Part shown: positions 1 through 9,646 of the stretch, in pieces
Position numbering within the stretch: position 1 is the first letter of the stretch
How the letters are laid out: every line of letters begins with the position of its first letter
Assembly (NCBI GenBank): GCA_964612975.1
Contig: CAZTGC010000003.1
Span: 140,724-204,723 of the forward strand
Direction of reading: 5' to 3'
DNA length: 64,000 bases
DNA from: an uncultured Dictyoglomota bacterium
GTDB lineage: Bacteria; Dictyoglomota; Dictyoglomia; Dictyoglomales; Dictyoglomaceae
Position numbers and translations under genes: made by a program
Notes under the pieces: model-generated
Told to the model about the DNA's origin: nothing
The model's input: only the letters and a program-made list of their open reading frames with translations
The model's database searches: none

Positions 1-928
1 CCCTATAATATTTTCCGCCCTTCCCTTTTATATTTAACCAATTCCCCGTATAAAGCTGAATTCCAGGTTGTGTTGTATAAACTTCCATCAATCTTCCACT
101 TTTAGATTCGTAAACAGTGGCACATAAAGAAAGTTCTCTCTTTTGGTTTCTAAGTACAAAATTATGGTCATATCCGTTAAAGGGAGAATACTTTAGTTCT
201 TTTATTCTTTCACCTATTTTTCTTGGAGTTCTAAAATCTAAGGGAGTATTTTCAACTGGTGCAATTTCTCCTTTAGGAATTAAGGTATTATCTACTGGTG
301 TATAGCTATCAGCTAAAATTGTAAGCTCATGGTCCAATATATCTTGAGATCCCTCTCCAGAAAGATTAAAATAAGAATGATTAGTCAAATTAATTACTGT
401 TGGTTTATCGGTGCTAGCAATATATTCAATAATGAGTTCATTATTATTAGTAAAAATATATGTTACTGAAATATCAAGATTTCCAGGATAACCTTCTTCT
501 CCATCATGACTTAAATATTTCAATCTTAATGCTGGTCCTGAAGGAAGCTTCATGGGTATAGCTTTAAAAACCTTCCTATGAAAACCCTTAATTCCTCCAT
601 GAAGAGAATTTTCACCATCATTTAGAGCAAGCTGATAAAAAATTCCATCAATAGTAAATTTGCCCTTAGCAATCCTATTGGCATATCTTCCCACTATACA
701 TCCTAAATAAGGATTATTGGGATTTTCATATTCATAAAGGGTATCAAATCCTAAAACTATGTCCTCTAAAACTCCATTTCCATCAGGAACCCAAAGTTCA
801 GTAATAGTTCCTCCATATGTTATTATTTTAATAAGTAATCCATTTTTGTTTATCAATGTATATTGATCCACAGGAATGCCTTCCTGGGTAATCCCATAAA
901 AAGATCTTTCTATATATGTGTCCATCAT
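1..928 (-). CDS. galM: aldose 1-epimerase (galactose mutarotase); 3' end runs off the window
   Basis: Absent from the ORF track because it is open at the window edge. My reverse translation from ATG 928 gives MMDTYIERSFYGITQEGIPVDQYTL...GCIVGRYANRIAKGKF...SLHGGIKGFHRKVF...GEEGYPGNL...LTNHSYFNLSGEG, the typical mutarotase blocks. AGGAGG lies at 938-943 on the minus strand. Confidence 0.85.
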   Translation of the reverse strand, partial: MMDTYIERSFYGITQEGIPVDQYTLINKNGLLIKIITYGGTITELWVPDGNGVLEDIVLGFDTLYEYENPNNPYLGCIVGRYANRIAKGKFTIDGIFYQLALNDGENSLHGGIKGFHRKVFKAIPMKLPSGPALRLKYLSHDGEEGYPGNLDISVTYIFTNNNELIIEYIASTDKPTVINLTNHSYFNLSGEGSQDILDHELTILADSYTPVDNTLIPKGEIAPVENTPLDFRTPRKIGERIKELKYSPFNGYDHNFVLRNQKRELSLCATVYESKSGRLMEVYTTQPGIQLYTGNWLNIKGKGGKYYR

Positions 929-1315
929 AAAAATGTTCCTCCTTTTTATTTACTTTTTGTTTATATATTAATAATTCTTCTAAATAAATGCAAATAAAAT
1001 AATTAATTAAATTTTAACCTGGTTAGATAATTTTAGACATATAGTGAAAATATATTTACTACTCCACTTATTAGGGAAAGGAAAGTTAAAATTATCTAAA
1101 AAATAAAGATTTCAGCATCTTATGTGAAATGTTTCCTATACTCTAAATTAATATAATTTTATCTTTTAAAGAAAAAATATCCCTATTCCTCCCAAGGATA
1201 AACCTAATATCCCAAAGTAGATAATATTTCTTGTAAGAATAAATAAATTATGATACACTTTACTTAAAATACTTTTTTATTTATATGCAAAAAATAAAAT
1301 TTCTGGAGGATAAAT

Positions 1316-2764
1316 ATGCTGGAAGAATTGGAAAAATTTTTAAAGGGATATAGCTGGGAATTTTATAAGGACTCTCTAAGAGAAATCAAGGAAAATACAT
1401 TTTTATTTGTAGCTAAAAATAAGGGAGAGAAAAAAGTAGGAATTCTAAAGAAGGAAAATATCTTTTATTTATCAGAACCTCATTACTCCTATGATTTATT
1501 TATGGAATCTTTAAAATCATATATTAACTTTTATCCAATATCCTTTGAAAATTACTTAAAACTTAAAGAAATAATTAATATTTCCCCATCTTACTGTGAT
1601 AAGAAAACATCCTTTGGAACTGGAGATAGATTAGGACTTGTATCTTCCTCTCATTTAAGGATTTTAAGAAACTACCCTTTATTTCCTGTTATATCACAAC
1701 AATCTCCTCGGGAGCTTGTAAAAACCAAAAGAGATTTTAAAGATGTTCTCTTGAAAGGAATTTTAGGAATGTTGGAATCAGGATATAATGGAAAATTTGG
1801 AGCGGACGCAGATCATATAAAGGACGAGTATTATTTGGACGAGGCTATAAAGGTAGGATTTTCTATGTATACCTTAGATATTAGTGACTTTTTAGAAAAA
1901 ACTGAAAATCTTGAAAAAGCAGAGCTACAAGAAAGATTTAGAAAAATTTCTTCTTTGAGCAAAAAAATTATTGATAAGTATAAAGGTAAAAAAATAAATA
2001 TATCTTCCCAAGACTATTACGAATTTAATGAGGAAAAACTTTGTGAATCTGCAATTATATATGAAAGAGGATTGGACTTTATAGAGAATGTATATAAAGT
2101 TTTAAAGGAAAAGGTAAGAGATTTTGATTTAGAGGTATCCATAGATGAAGGAGAAAGGGATACAACCTTAGAGGATCATCTATTTGTCGCAGAATATCTC
2201 CATGAAAAGGGAATAGATTTTTGGAGTTTAGCACCTAAATTTCCTGGAGAATTTCAAAAGGCTTTGGACTATAAAGGAGATGTAAATATTTTTTCTGCAG
2301 AATTAAAAAAACATTATCTCCTTTCTCAAAAAATTGAAGGTTATAGATTAAGTCTACATTCTGGAAGTGATAAGTTCAGTATATATAAGATGTTTTCTGA
2401 TATTACCAATAAAAATTTTCATATAAAAACATCAGGAACTAGCTGGCTTCAAGGAGTAAAAGTTATTGCAAAATTTGATCCATCTTTATTTTCTGAACTT
2501 TATGCTATCTCCTTAGAAAATTTAGAGGAAAGTAAAAAAGCCTATAAAGTATCTATAAAGAAAGAGGATTTTCCAAAGGAAATTGTAGGTAATCCCATAG
2601 ACTTTTTTGAAAAACCAGAAATAAAGCAATTATTTCATATATCCTATGGTATTCTTTTGGATGAGAAGGGAAAGGAAATATATGATATTTTAGATAAGTA
2701 TGAAAAAGAGCATTATAAGTTTGTAGGGGAAAATATTGAAAATCACCTTAAAATTCTATTTTAG
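1316..2764 (+). CDS. uxaE: tagaturonate/fructuronate epimerase (UxaE family)
   Basis: 482 aa. Blocks SFGTGDRLGL, GADADHIK, LHSGSDKFS and KTSGTSWLQ match my memory of Thermotoga maritima UxaE (TM0440). GGAGG lies upstream of the ATG. Confidence 0.8.
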   Translation: MLEELEKFLKGYSWEFYKDSLREIKENTFLFVAKNKGEKKVGILKKENIFYLSEPHYSYDLFMESLKSYINFYPISFENYLKLKEIINISPSYCDKKTSFGTGDRLGLVSSSHLRILRNYPLFPVISQQSPRELVKTKRDFKDVLLKGILGMLESGYNGKFGADADHIKDEYYLDEAIKVGFSMYTLDISDFLEKTENLEKAELQERFRKISSLSKKIIDKYKGKKINISSQDYYEFNEEKLCESAIIYERGLDFIENVYKVLKEKVRDFDLEVSIDEGERDTTLEDHLFVAEYLHEKGIDFWSLAPKFPGEFQKALDYKGDVNIFSAELKKHYLLSQKIEGYRLSLHSGSDKFSIYKMFSDITNKNFHIKTSGTSWLQGVKVIAKFDPSLFSELYAISLENLEESKKAYKVSIKKEDFPKEIVGNPIDFFEKPEIKQLFHISYGILLDEKGKEIYDILDKYEKEHYKFVGENIENHLKILF

Positions 2765-2775
2765 GAGGGTTAATA

Positions 2776-3780
2776 ATGACAAAAATAGCGATTGTTAATT
2801 CCAATAGTTTTGGAAAATATTATCCAGAGCATATTGAAAGATTAAAAAAATTAGGGGATGTTGAAAGATTTGAATTTCCAGAGGATATAGATGGAAAAAC
2901 CTTAGCAGAAAAGCTTAATGGGTTCTCCATAATTATTGCCAGTGTGAAGCCATATTACAATAAAGAATTTTTTGACCATAAGGATAAAACTCTCCTAATA
3001 ACTCGTCATGGAATAGGGTATGATAACATAGACATTAAAAGTGCCACAGAAAAAGGAGTAATAGTGACAAAAGTAGGTGGAGAGACAGAAAGAGAAGCAG
3101 TAGCAGAGACTGCTGTTGCTCTATTAATGAGTGTTATAAGAAAGATAAGGGAAGCATCTTTAAAAGTAAAAGAGGGAAAATGGAGGGAAAGAGCAAAATT
3201 TATTGGCTGGGAAATAAAGGAGAAAACCGTAGGAATTATTGGTTTTGGAAATATTGGAAGTAGAGTGGGAGAAATATTAAAAAATGGATTCGGTGCTAAA
3301 ATTATAGTATATGATCCCTATCTTTCTGAAGAAGAAATAAATAAAAGAGGAGGGGAAAAGGTAACCTTAGAGGATCTTCTCAAAAATTCAGATATTATTT
3401 CCTTGAACTGTTCCTTAACTCAGGAGAATTATCATATGCTTTCCTTTAGAGAATTCTCCATTATGAAGAATGGAGTATTCATTATAAATACTGCAAGGGG
3501 AGAATTAATAGATGAAAAAGTATTAATCTCTAATCTGGAATCTGGAAAAGTAGGAGGAGTGGGTGTGGATGTAGTTGAAGGAGAGCCTATTGATGAAAAT
3601 CATCCTTTATTAAAATTTGATAATGTTGTTATAACTCCTCATATCTCCGCATATACCTACGAAGCTTTAAAGGCTATGGGAGATAAAGTTGTCTCTGATG
3701 TGGAGAAGGTTTTAAAGGGTGAAATTCCCGATGAGGTTATTAATAAAGAAGTTTTAGAGGGAAAGAGATGGAAGAGTTAA
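2776..3780 (+). CDS. D-isomer-specific 2-hydroxyacid dehydrogenase (GhrB/TkrA-like; possible 2-ketoaldonate reductase)
   Basis: 334 aa. Rossmann motif GIIGFGNIGSRVG, then NTARG ... E ... ITPHIS catalytic-region pattern. Good SD (AGGAGGG). Confidence 0.85.
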   Translation: MTKIAIVNSNSFGKYYPEHIERLKKLGDVERFEFPEDIDGKTLAEKLNGFSIIIASVKPYYNKEFFDHKDKTLLITRHGIGYDNIDIKSATEKGVIVTKVGGETEREAVAETAVALLMSVIRKIREASLKVKEGKWRERAKFIGWEIKEKTVGIIGFGNIGSRVGEILKNGFGAKIIVYDPYLSEEEINKRGGEKVTLEDLLKNSDIISLNCSLTQENYHMLSFREFSIMKNGVFIINTARGELIDEKVLISNLESGKVGGVGVDVVEGEPIDENHPLLKFDNVVITPHISAYTYEALKAMGDKVVSDVEKVLKGEIPDEVINKEVLEGKRWKS

Positions 3781-5249
3781 TCCTTGCTGTAGATATTGGA
3801 ACTACAAATATTAAGGCAGGAATAGTTGATGAAAATGGAAGAATTTTAAAGGTTAAAAGTAGGGAACTTCCCATCGAAAAGGATGATACAGGAAAAGTAG
3901 AACATAATCCTGAAGAAGTATTTAAGATTTTCGTATCCTTAGTTCGAGAAATAGTTTCAGAATATGAGGGTAGAATTTCCCTTCTTGTTCTTTCCTCCTA
4001 TATGTTTGGAATTCTTCCCTTGGATAAAAACTTAAAACCTTTAACAGGGATTATAACCCTTTTAGATTTAAGATCTCGGGAAACCTTTGAGGAACTCTAT
4101 AAATTAGTAAATTTTGAGGAATTATATAGGAGAACAGGATGTCCTCCCCTTTTTATATATCCCTTTTCGAAAATTTATTGGTTAAAAAGAAAGAGAAGGG
4201 AGATATATGAAAATGCAAGATATTATATAGGGTCTAAAGATTACTTTTTAATGAGACTCTTAGGAGGACTATATACTGAACCAAGTCAATCCATTTCAAC
4301 CCAATTAATGAATGTCCATACTCTTACATGGGATCCTTATCCCCTGGAATTCCTAGGAATAAAGGAGGAAAATCTTCCTAAAATTATTCCTCCTGAGGAA
4401 ATTTTAGGAAAGCTTCCTTTGGAAAGTAAGAACCTTTTGGGACTAAAGGGAGATGTTTATGTACTTACTGGGGTATACGATGGGGGAGCAGTGGGACTTG
4501 GAATAGGAGCAATGGGAGACTCTATTGGGGTTATAAATATTGGTACCACTGGAATGCTTAGAGTTACATATCCAAAACCTGTAATTGATAAAGATAAAAA
4601 TATGAGATTTCAAGCATATTTTTTATGTTCCAATAAATGGTATATTGGAGGAGCAGTAAACAATGCTGGAATAATTCTTAAATGGTTCAGGGACAATATA
4701 TTTAATCTTTCTTATGAAGATCTAACATTAGAAGCTCAAAGGGATGATAGTAAAAACTTACTCTTTCTTCCCTTCATTACAGGAGAAAGATATCCTGAAA
4801 TAGGAAATATTGCCTCAGGAGTATTTTTTGGATTAAAAAGTTTTCATAATAAAAATCATATGATAAGAGCTGGATTAGAAGGTGTAGCTTTTACATTAAA
4901 AATGGCCTTTGAAGCTTTAAAGGAAAATAATATAGAGATAAAAGAACTTAGAGCAGGAGGTGGAGGAACAAAATCTTCTCTTTGGATGAATATATTTGCC
5001 TCAGTTTTTAACATGCCCATAAAGATAACAGATTCTGAAGAAGCAGGTCTTTTAGGTTCTGCCCTTTTAGGATTTACCGCATTAAAAAAGTTTAAAACCT
5101 TAGAAGAGGCAACGGAGAAATTAGTTAAAATAAAAAATATATACCATCCAAATTCTGATTTGGTTGAAGATTATAACAAGAAGTTTGACTTCTTTAAATT
5201 TTTAGTAAGAGATTTAAAGGATGCCTTTAAGAGACACAATAACTTATAA
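3768..5249 (+). CDS. FGGY-family carbohydrate kinase (gluconokinase-like by context)
   Basis: 493 aa. N-terminal ILAVDIGTTNIKAG phosphate-1 motif and C-terminal AGGGGTKSSLW block. Overlaps the upstream gene by 13 nt. Substrate is inferred only from neighbours. Confidence 0.8.
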   Translation: MEELILAVDIGTTNIKAGIVDENGRILKVKSRELPIEKDDTGKVEHNPEEVFKIFVSLVREIVSEYEGRISLLVLSSYMFGILPLDKNLKPLTGIITLLDLRSRETFEELYKLVNFEELYRRTGCPPLFIYPFSKIYWLKRKRREIYENARYYIGSKDYFLMRLLGGLYTEPSQSISTQLMNVHTLTWDPYPLEFLGIKEENLPKIIPPEEILGKLPLESKNLLGLKGDVYVLTGVYDGGAVGLGIGAMGDSIGVINIGTTGMLRVTYPKPVIDKDKNMRFQAYFLCSNKWYIGGAVNNAGIILKWFRDNIFNLSYEDLTLEAQRDDSKNLLFLPFITGERYPEIGNIASGVFFGLKSFHNKNHMIRAGLEGVAFTLKMAFEALKENNIEIKELRAGGGGTKSSLWMNIFASVFNMPIKITDSEEAGLLGSALLGFTALKKFKTLEEATEKLVKIKNIYHPNSDLVEDYNKKFDFFKFLVRDLKDAFKRHNNL

Positions 5250-5264
5250 AGGAGGACAAAGATA

Positions 5265-6674
5265 ATGAAGGGGAATATTGGTTTGGTAGGATTAGCAGTA
5301 ATGGGACAAAATCTTGCCCTAAATATAGCAAGAAAGGGTTATTCTGTATCGGTATATAATAAAACCTCAAAAAGAACAGAAGATTTTTTAAGAGAAAAGG
5401 TAAAGGATGAAAAAATAATTCCTTGCTATGATTTAAAAAGTTTTATTGATTCCTTGGAAAAGCCAAGAAAAATAATTCTTATGGTAAAGGCTGGAAATCC
5501 CGTTGATGAGGTAATTAATAACTTTTTGCCATATTTAGATCCTGGTGATCTAATAATTGATGGTGGAAATTCCCATTATCAAGATACTTCTCGGAGAATA
5601 AAAGAACTAAGGGAAAAGAAAATTCTATATTTAGGAATGGGTGTATCAGGAGGAGAATTTGGAGCATTATATGGACCATCTTTAATGCCCGGAGGTTCCG
5701 AGGATGCATATAAAATGGTTGAAGAAATTCTTTTGAAAATCTCTGCAAAAACTGAAGATGGGCCCTGTTGCGCCTTTGTGGGAAAAGACTCTGCTGGACA
5801 TTTTGTAAAGATGGTCCACAATGGTATTGAGTATGCATACATGCAAGCTATTGCAGAAGTGTATGATATTATGAGGAAAATTTTGAATATGAACTCAAAG
5901 GAAATTGGGGATATTTTTGAGAATTGGAATAATGGAGAATTAAATTCCTTTTTGATGGAAATATCCTACAAAATCATGAGATACATGGACAAAGAAAAGG
6001 GAGTACCTCTTGTGGAGTTAATATTAGATAAGGCAGAACAAAAGGGAACAGGGAAATGGACTACCCAATCTGCATTAGACCTTGGAATTCCTACCCCTTC
6101 TTTAAATCTTGCTGTAGAAGCAAGAACCCTTTCCTATTTTAAAGATTTGAGAAGGGAACTTTCTAAGAAGTATGAGAAAAGAATCTCCAATATTTCTTTA
6201 GAAAGGGAAAGGATCCTTAAGGATTTAGAGAACTCTTTACTCTTTTCAATATTTATGGCCTTTTCTCAAGGACTTTGGTTAATAAGTTCTGCCAGTAGAG
6301 CTTTTGATTATGGGATAAATCTTTCAGAGGTACTAAGAATATGGAAGGGAGGTTGTATAATAAGGGCGAAGATTTTAAACTTTTTAAGGGAAATTATTAA
6401 TGAAAATCCTGAAAATGTAAATCTTTTAAACAATGAAAAGTCCCTTTCTTTTATTAAGGGTAAATTAGATTCAATAAAAAATATAACAAAGATTGCAAGA
6501 GACTTTAATTTGCCAACATTAGTTTTGAATTCCTCTTTAGATTATTTTTTAAGCATCACCGAAGGGGATCTTCCAGCAAATCTTATTCAGGCTCAAAGAG
6601 ATTTCTTTGGAGCCCATACCTTTGAAAGAAAAGATAAAGAAGGAATATTTCATGTCCAATGGGAAAAATTTTAA
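5265..6674 (+). CDS. gnd: 6-phosphogluconate dehydrogenase, decarboxylating
   Basis: 469 aa. GLVGLAVMGQNLALN, DGGNSHYQDT, GVSGGE.GA..GPSLMPGG, HNGIEYA.MQ and QKGTGKWT are near-universal Gnd blocks. Confidence 0.95.
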   Translation: MKGNIGLVGLAVMGQNLALNIARKGYSVSVYNKTSKRTEDFLREKVKDEKIIPCYDLKSFIDSLEKPRKIILMVKAGNPVDEVINNFLPYLDPGDLIIDGGNSHYQDTSRRIKELREKKILYLGMGVSGGEFGALYGPSLMPGGSEDAYKMVEEILLKISAKTEDGPCCAFVGKDSAGHFVKMVHNGIEYAYMQAIAEVYDIMRKILNMNSKEIGDIFENWNNGELNSFLMEISYKIMRYMDKEKGVPLVELILDKAEQKGTGKWTTQSALDLGIPTPSLNLAVEARTLSYFKDLRRELSKKYEKRISNISLERERILKDLENSLLFSIFMAFSQGLWLISSASRAFDYGINLSEVLRIWKGGCIIRAKILNFLREIINENPENVNLLNNEKSLSFIKGKLDSIKNITKIARDFNLPTLVLNSSLDYFLSITEGDLPANLIQAQRDFFGAHTFERKDKEGIFHVQWEKF

Positions 6675-6689
6675 AAAGGAGGAGGAAAG

Positions 6690-7514
6690 ATGAGTTATAT
6701 AGGAGAACTTTTTTCAGTAAAAGATAAAGTTGCTGTTTTTACTGGGGGATCAGGAATTTTAGCAGGAACCATTGCAAAGGGTTTAGGTAAAGCAGGGGCA
6801 AAAATTGTTGTAACAGATATTACTTCCTTAGAGGAAAGGATCGAAGAATTAAAAAAAGAAGGGATAGAAGTAGAAGGCTATTACATGGATGTCCTTAATA
6901 AAAAGATAGTGGAGGAGGTAGCAGAAAAGGTAAAAGATAGATTTGGAAGAGTTGATATTCTCCTTAATGCTGCAGGAGGAAATATTCCTGAGGCAACCAC
7001 ATCAAAGGATGTAACCTTTTTTGATCTTCCCATTGAGTCCTTGCAAAAAGTAGTGAATTTAAATCTTTTTGGAGGAGCCATTATTCCCAGTCAAGTCTTT
7101 GGAAAGATGATGCTGAAAAATAAAGATGGCGGAGTAATAATAAATTTTTCATCTATGGCATCCTTTAGACCTTTAACAAGAACTATAGGTTATTCTGCAG
7201 CAAAGGCAGCAGTAAGTAATTTTACCCAATGGCTAGCAGTATATATAGCTCAGGAATACTCCCCTAAAATCAGAGTAAATGCTATTGCACCTGGATTTTT
7301 ATTAACAAAACAAAATAGATTTCTCCTTTTAGATGAAAAGGAGGATCTAACACCAAGGGGACAAGCAATTATTAATCATACTCCCATGGGAAGATTTGGA
7401 GAGCCCCATGAACTTATTGGTACTATAATTTGGCTCTCTTCACCTGCAAGTTCCTTCGTAACAGGAGCAGTAATTCCTGTTGATGGAGGATTCAATGCCT
7501 ACTCAGGAGTATAA
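6690..7514 (+). CDS. uxuB: SDR-type D-mannonate oxidoreductase / fructuronate reductase (UxuB/YjmF-like)
   Basis: 274 aa. TGGSGILAG, NAAGGN, YSAAKAA (YxxxK), IRVNAIAPGF and C-terminal PVDGGFNAYSGV, as I recall for the SDR-type UxuB of Bacillus. Confidence 0.7.
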   Translation: MSYIGELFSVKDKVAVFTGGSGILAGTIAKGLGKAGAKIVVTDITSLEERIEELKKEGIEVEGYYMDVLNKKIVEEVAEKVKDRFGRVDILLNAAGGNIPEATTSKDVTFFDLPIESLQKVVNLNLFGGAIIPSQVFGKMMLKNKDGGVIINFSSMASFRPLTRTIGYSAAKAAVSNFTQWLAVYIAQEYSPKIRVNAIAPGFLLTKQNRFLLLDEKEDLTPRGQAIINHTPMGRFGEPHELIGTIIWLSSPASSFVTGAVIPVDGGFNAYSGV

Positions 7515-7536
7515 AGGTGGGGAAAATCCCCGCCTT

Positions 7537-8190
7537 TTAAATCCATTCAGCACTTATCACATTATCAAGTTCTGCAACTTTTGCTATTACTTCTTCCTCA
7601 GAAAGTTTTGCAGGAAGTTTTAAAGAGATAGTTAAAATCGCCTTTCCCTCCCAAGCTGAAGAAAGCTCAATTTGTTTTATATCCACATTTAATTCTCCCA
7701 ATAAAGAACCTATAGCTCCAATGGAACCCGGTCTATCTTCTATTACACATCTTAAGGAGATGGGCTTATGACTTCCAATTACTGACACCTCAAATTTCAC
7801 AGCAAGCATCAATGTTGCTACCACTAATAAAGTAGTAATAATTGCAGGCAAATAAAGACCTACTCCAATTGCTAATCCAATACCTGCTACAGTCCATATA
7901 CTTGCAGCAGTAGTTAACCCTTTAATTGTTATTCCTGTTCTTAATATGGTTCCTGCACCTATAAAACCGATACCAGTTATCACTTGAGCTGCAATTCTTC
8001 CTGGATCTGAGGGATATCTTCCAGGGAATCCATATGCAGATACTATCATCATTAAGGTGGAGCCAAGACAGACTAATATATGGGTACGAAGGCCTGCTGG
8101 TTTCTCCTCTTTCTCCCTCTCCCAACCTATTAATCCTCCTAATAATACTGCCAATAAAAGTCTTAAGATAATATCTAAATCACTAATCAT
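7537..8190 (-). CDS. mgtC: MgtC/SapB family membrane protein with C-terminal ACT-like domain
   Basis: 217 aa. LGGLIGWEREKEEKPAGLRTH signature, four or five hydrophobic segments, soluble C-terminal domain. Confidence 0.85.
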   Translation of the reverse strand: MISDLDIILRLLLAVLLGGLIGWEREKEEKPAGLRTHILVCLGSTLMMIVSAYGFPGRYPSDPGRIAAQVITGIGFIGAGTILRTGITIKGLTTAASIWTVAGIGLAIGVGLYLPAIITTLLVVATLMLAVKFEVSVIGSHKPISLRCVIEDRPGSIGAIGSLLGELNVDIKQIELSSAWEGKAILTISLKLPAKLSEEEVIAKVAELDNVISAEWI

Positions 8191-8406
8191 GGTTTTAAAT
8201 TATATCACATATATAGGGTTTTTAATAGAATACAGCTCTTTATCTGTGGTATACAAATAAAAAGGTCACATACTGTTACTAAAGGGAAAGGTTTTCCAAG
8301 GGAATTATGTGGGACTTGCCTTGAGGAATAACACAAAAGTAAATATTTTAACGAGAATCTTGTCTAAAATTGTTATATAATATTAAAAAAGAAGTGGAGG
8401 TACTTT

Positions 8407-8973
8407 ATGAGAAAATTTATATTGGTATCTCTTGTTTTTATGATATTAATATTTAGTCTTTCCCTTTCCCAAACTCAAACCTCAACAGTAACTACGAAAC
8501 CTGGAACAGTATTTGTTCTTCAGCTTGAATCCTTTAGTAAGATTTACAAATCAAATTTTGAAAAAAATATAAAAGCCTTTGACGATACCTTTAAGTTTGG
8601 CTCTTCTCTTTATCATCCCATTATAGGTCTTAACATCTCCTGTTATACTAAAACAAGTCAAAAGGGGTTTCCATATCCCACATTAGCAAATAGAGTTTTA
8701 AGGGAACTTTTACCCCTTATAAATGATATAATTCTACCTCCTAAAACTCTTGTTAACATAATAATAATGGTACAAGAGAAAAATGATCCCTTCTTAGGAA
8801 AAACATTGTTTATTAGTATTCCATATCAAGCCATAAAAGATTTTATAGTTAAAAGGGATCAGGAAGCCCTTGCAAAGCAAATGATCGTTCTTATCGAAAC
8901 AGATAAGTTAAATTATCAAAAAGGAGCCTTTGTATCCTCAAAATATGATTGGGAATGGATCCTAAGATTATAG
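8407..8973 (+). CDS. secreted hypothetical protein
   Basis: 188 aa with N-terminal signal peptide (MRKFILVSLVFMILIFSLSLSQ) and a GGAGG SD. No motif recognised. Confidence 0.6.
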   Translation: MRKFILVSLVFMILIFSLSLSQTQTSTVTTKPGTVFVLQLESFSKIYKSNFEKNIKAFDDTFKFGSSLYHPIIGLNISCYTKTSQKGFPYPTLANRVLRELLPLINDIILPPKTLVNIIIMVQEKNDPFLGKTLFISIPYQAIKDFIVKRDQEALAKQMIVLIETDKLNYQKGAFVSSKYDWEWILRL

Positions 8974-8991
8974 AGGAGAAAAGAGGGGAAA

Positions 8992-9633
8992 ATGATGATA
9001 TTTAAATTTTTAACCATATTACTTCTTTTTTCTATTTCCTTTGGGATAACGGAAGAGGGAATACTACAAAATGTATTAAATACCTATAATAAATTAGATA
9101 CCTTTAGTAGTATATTGGAAGTATATAATAGAGAAAGGGAGAAAGAAGAATATTTCATTTTTGAATTTTATTTTAAAAAGCCTGATAATTATAGATTTAA
9201 TATAATCGAAGGAAAAGATAAAGGTACAATTATTATAATGAAAGAGGGAAGAATAAGAATGCAACGAACAGGGGTGTTAAAAGTAATTCCATTAACTTTA
9301 AATCCTGATGATCCTTCAGTTTTAAATATTAAGAAGAAGAGATTTGATGAAATGGGCTTGGGCTATGTTATTCAAATGATAACTCAAAAACCCATAAAAT
9401 TTATAGGAGAAGAAAAAATATCAGGAATTCCTTGTTTTGTTTTAGAAACGGGACTCAGCAAAGATCGAACTCACAACTTTCTTTCTCAAAAATTCTATAT
9501 AGATAAAAACTTTATTCCTATAAACATGGAACAATACGAAGATTATAATGGGGTAAAAACTTTAACTCACAAAAGAACGTATAAAAATTATAAAATTAAT
9601 CCTGTTTTAGCTAATAATATATTTGAGTTTTAG
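8992..9633 (+). CDS. LolA-fold outer-membrane lipoprotein-sorting-like protein
   Basis: 213 aa. Signal peptide, then FEFYFKKPDNYRFNI..G....II...G and a C-terminal NNIFEF pattern reminiscent of LolA-like/DUF4367 proteins. Pattern memory only. Confidence 0.5.
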   Translation: MMIFKFLTILLLFSISFGITEEGILQNVLNTYNKLDTFSSILEVYNREREKEEYFIFEFYFKKPDNYRFNIIEGKDKGTIIIMKEGRIRMQRTGVLKVIPLTLNPDDPSVLNIKKKRFDEMGLGYVIQMITQKPIKFIGEEKISGIPCFVLETGLSKDRTHNFLSQKFYIDKNFIPINMEQYEDYNGVKTLTHKRTYKNYKINPVLANNIFEF

Positions 9634-9646
9634 AAAGGAGGATAGA

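Noticed and set aside
117-305. 62-aa plus-strand ORF at the window start.
   Set aside because: It is antisense to the clearly recognisable aldose 1-epimerase gene (1-928, minus strand).
1150-1250. 31-codon hydrophobic minus-strand ORF (VYHNLFILTRNIIYFGILGLSLGGIGIFFL) in the galM/uxaE intergenic region.
   Set aside because: It has a GTG start without an SD and is too short to separate from chance in AT-rich DNA. I have no way of assessing conservation.
5515-5842. Antisense or out-of-frame ORFs of 60-135 aa nested inside longer genes. Examples: 5515-5838, 5579-5842, 6881-7081, 7922-8125, 12288-12608, 14161-14568, 15256-15619, 17312-17536, 19387-19572, 22135-22428, 39319-39594, 41310-41790, 53674-53946, 60422-60802, 61969-62253.
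   Set aside because: Each lies entirely within a longer ORF that has clear family motifs. Their products are low-complexity (S/F/L/P-rich mirror images of K/E-rich genes), and they lack SD sequences. They are typical shadow ORFs in AT-rich DNA.
8191-8406. M-box (Mg2+) riboswitch upstream of mgtC.
   Set aside because: The promoter-like -10 abuts the start codon, which leaves no leader. The upstream 200 nt show none of the conserved M-box blocks I remember.
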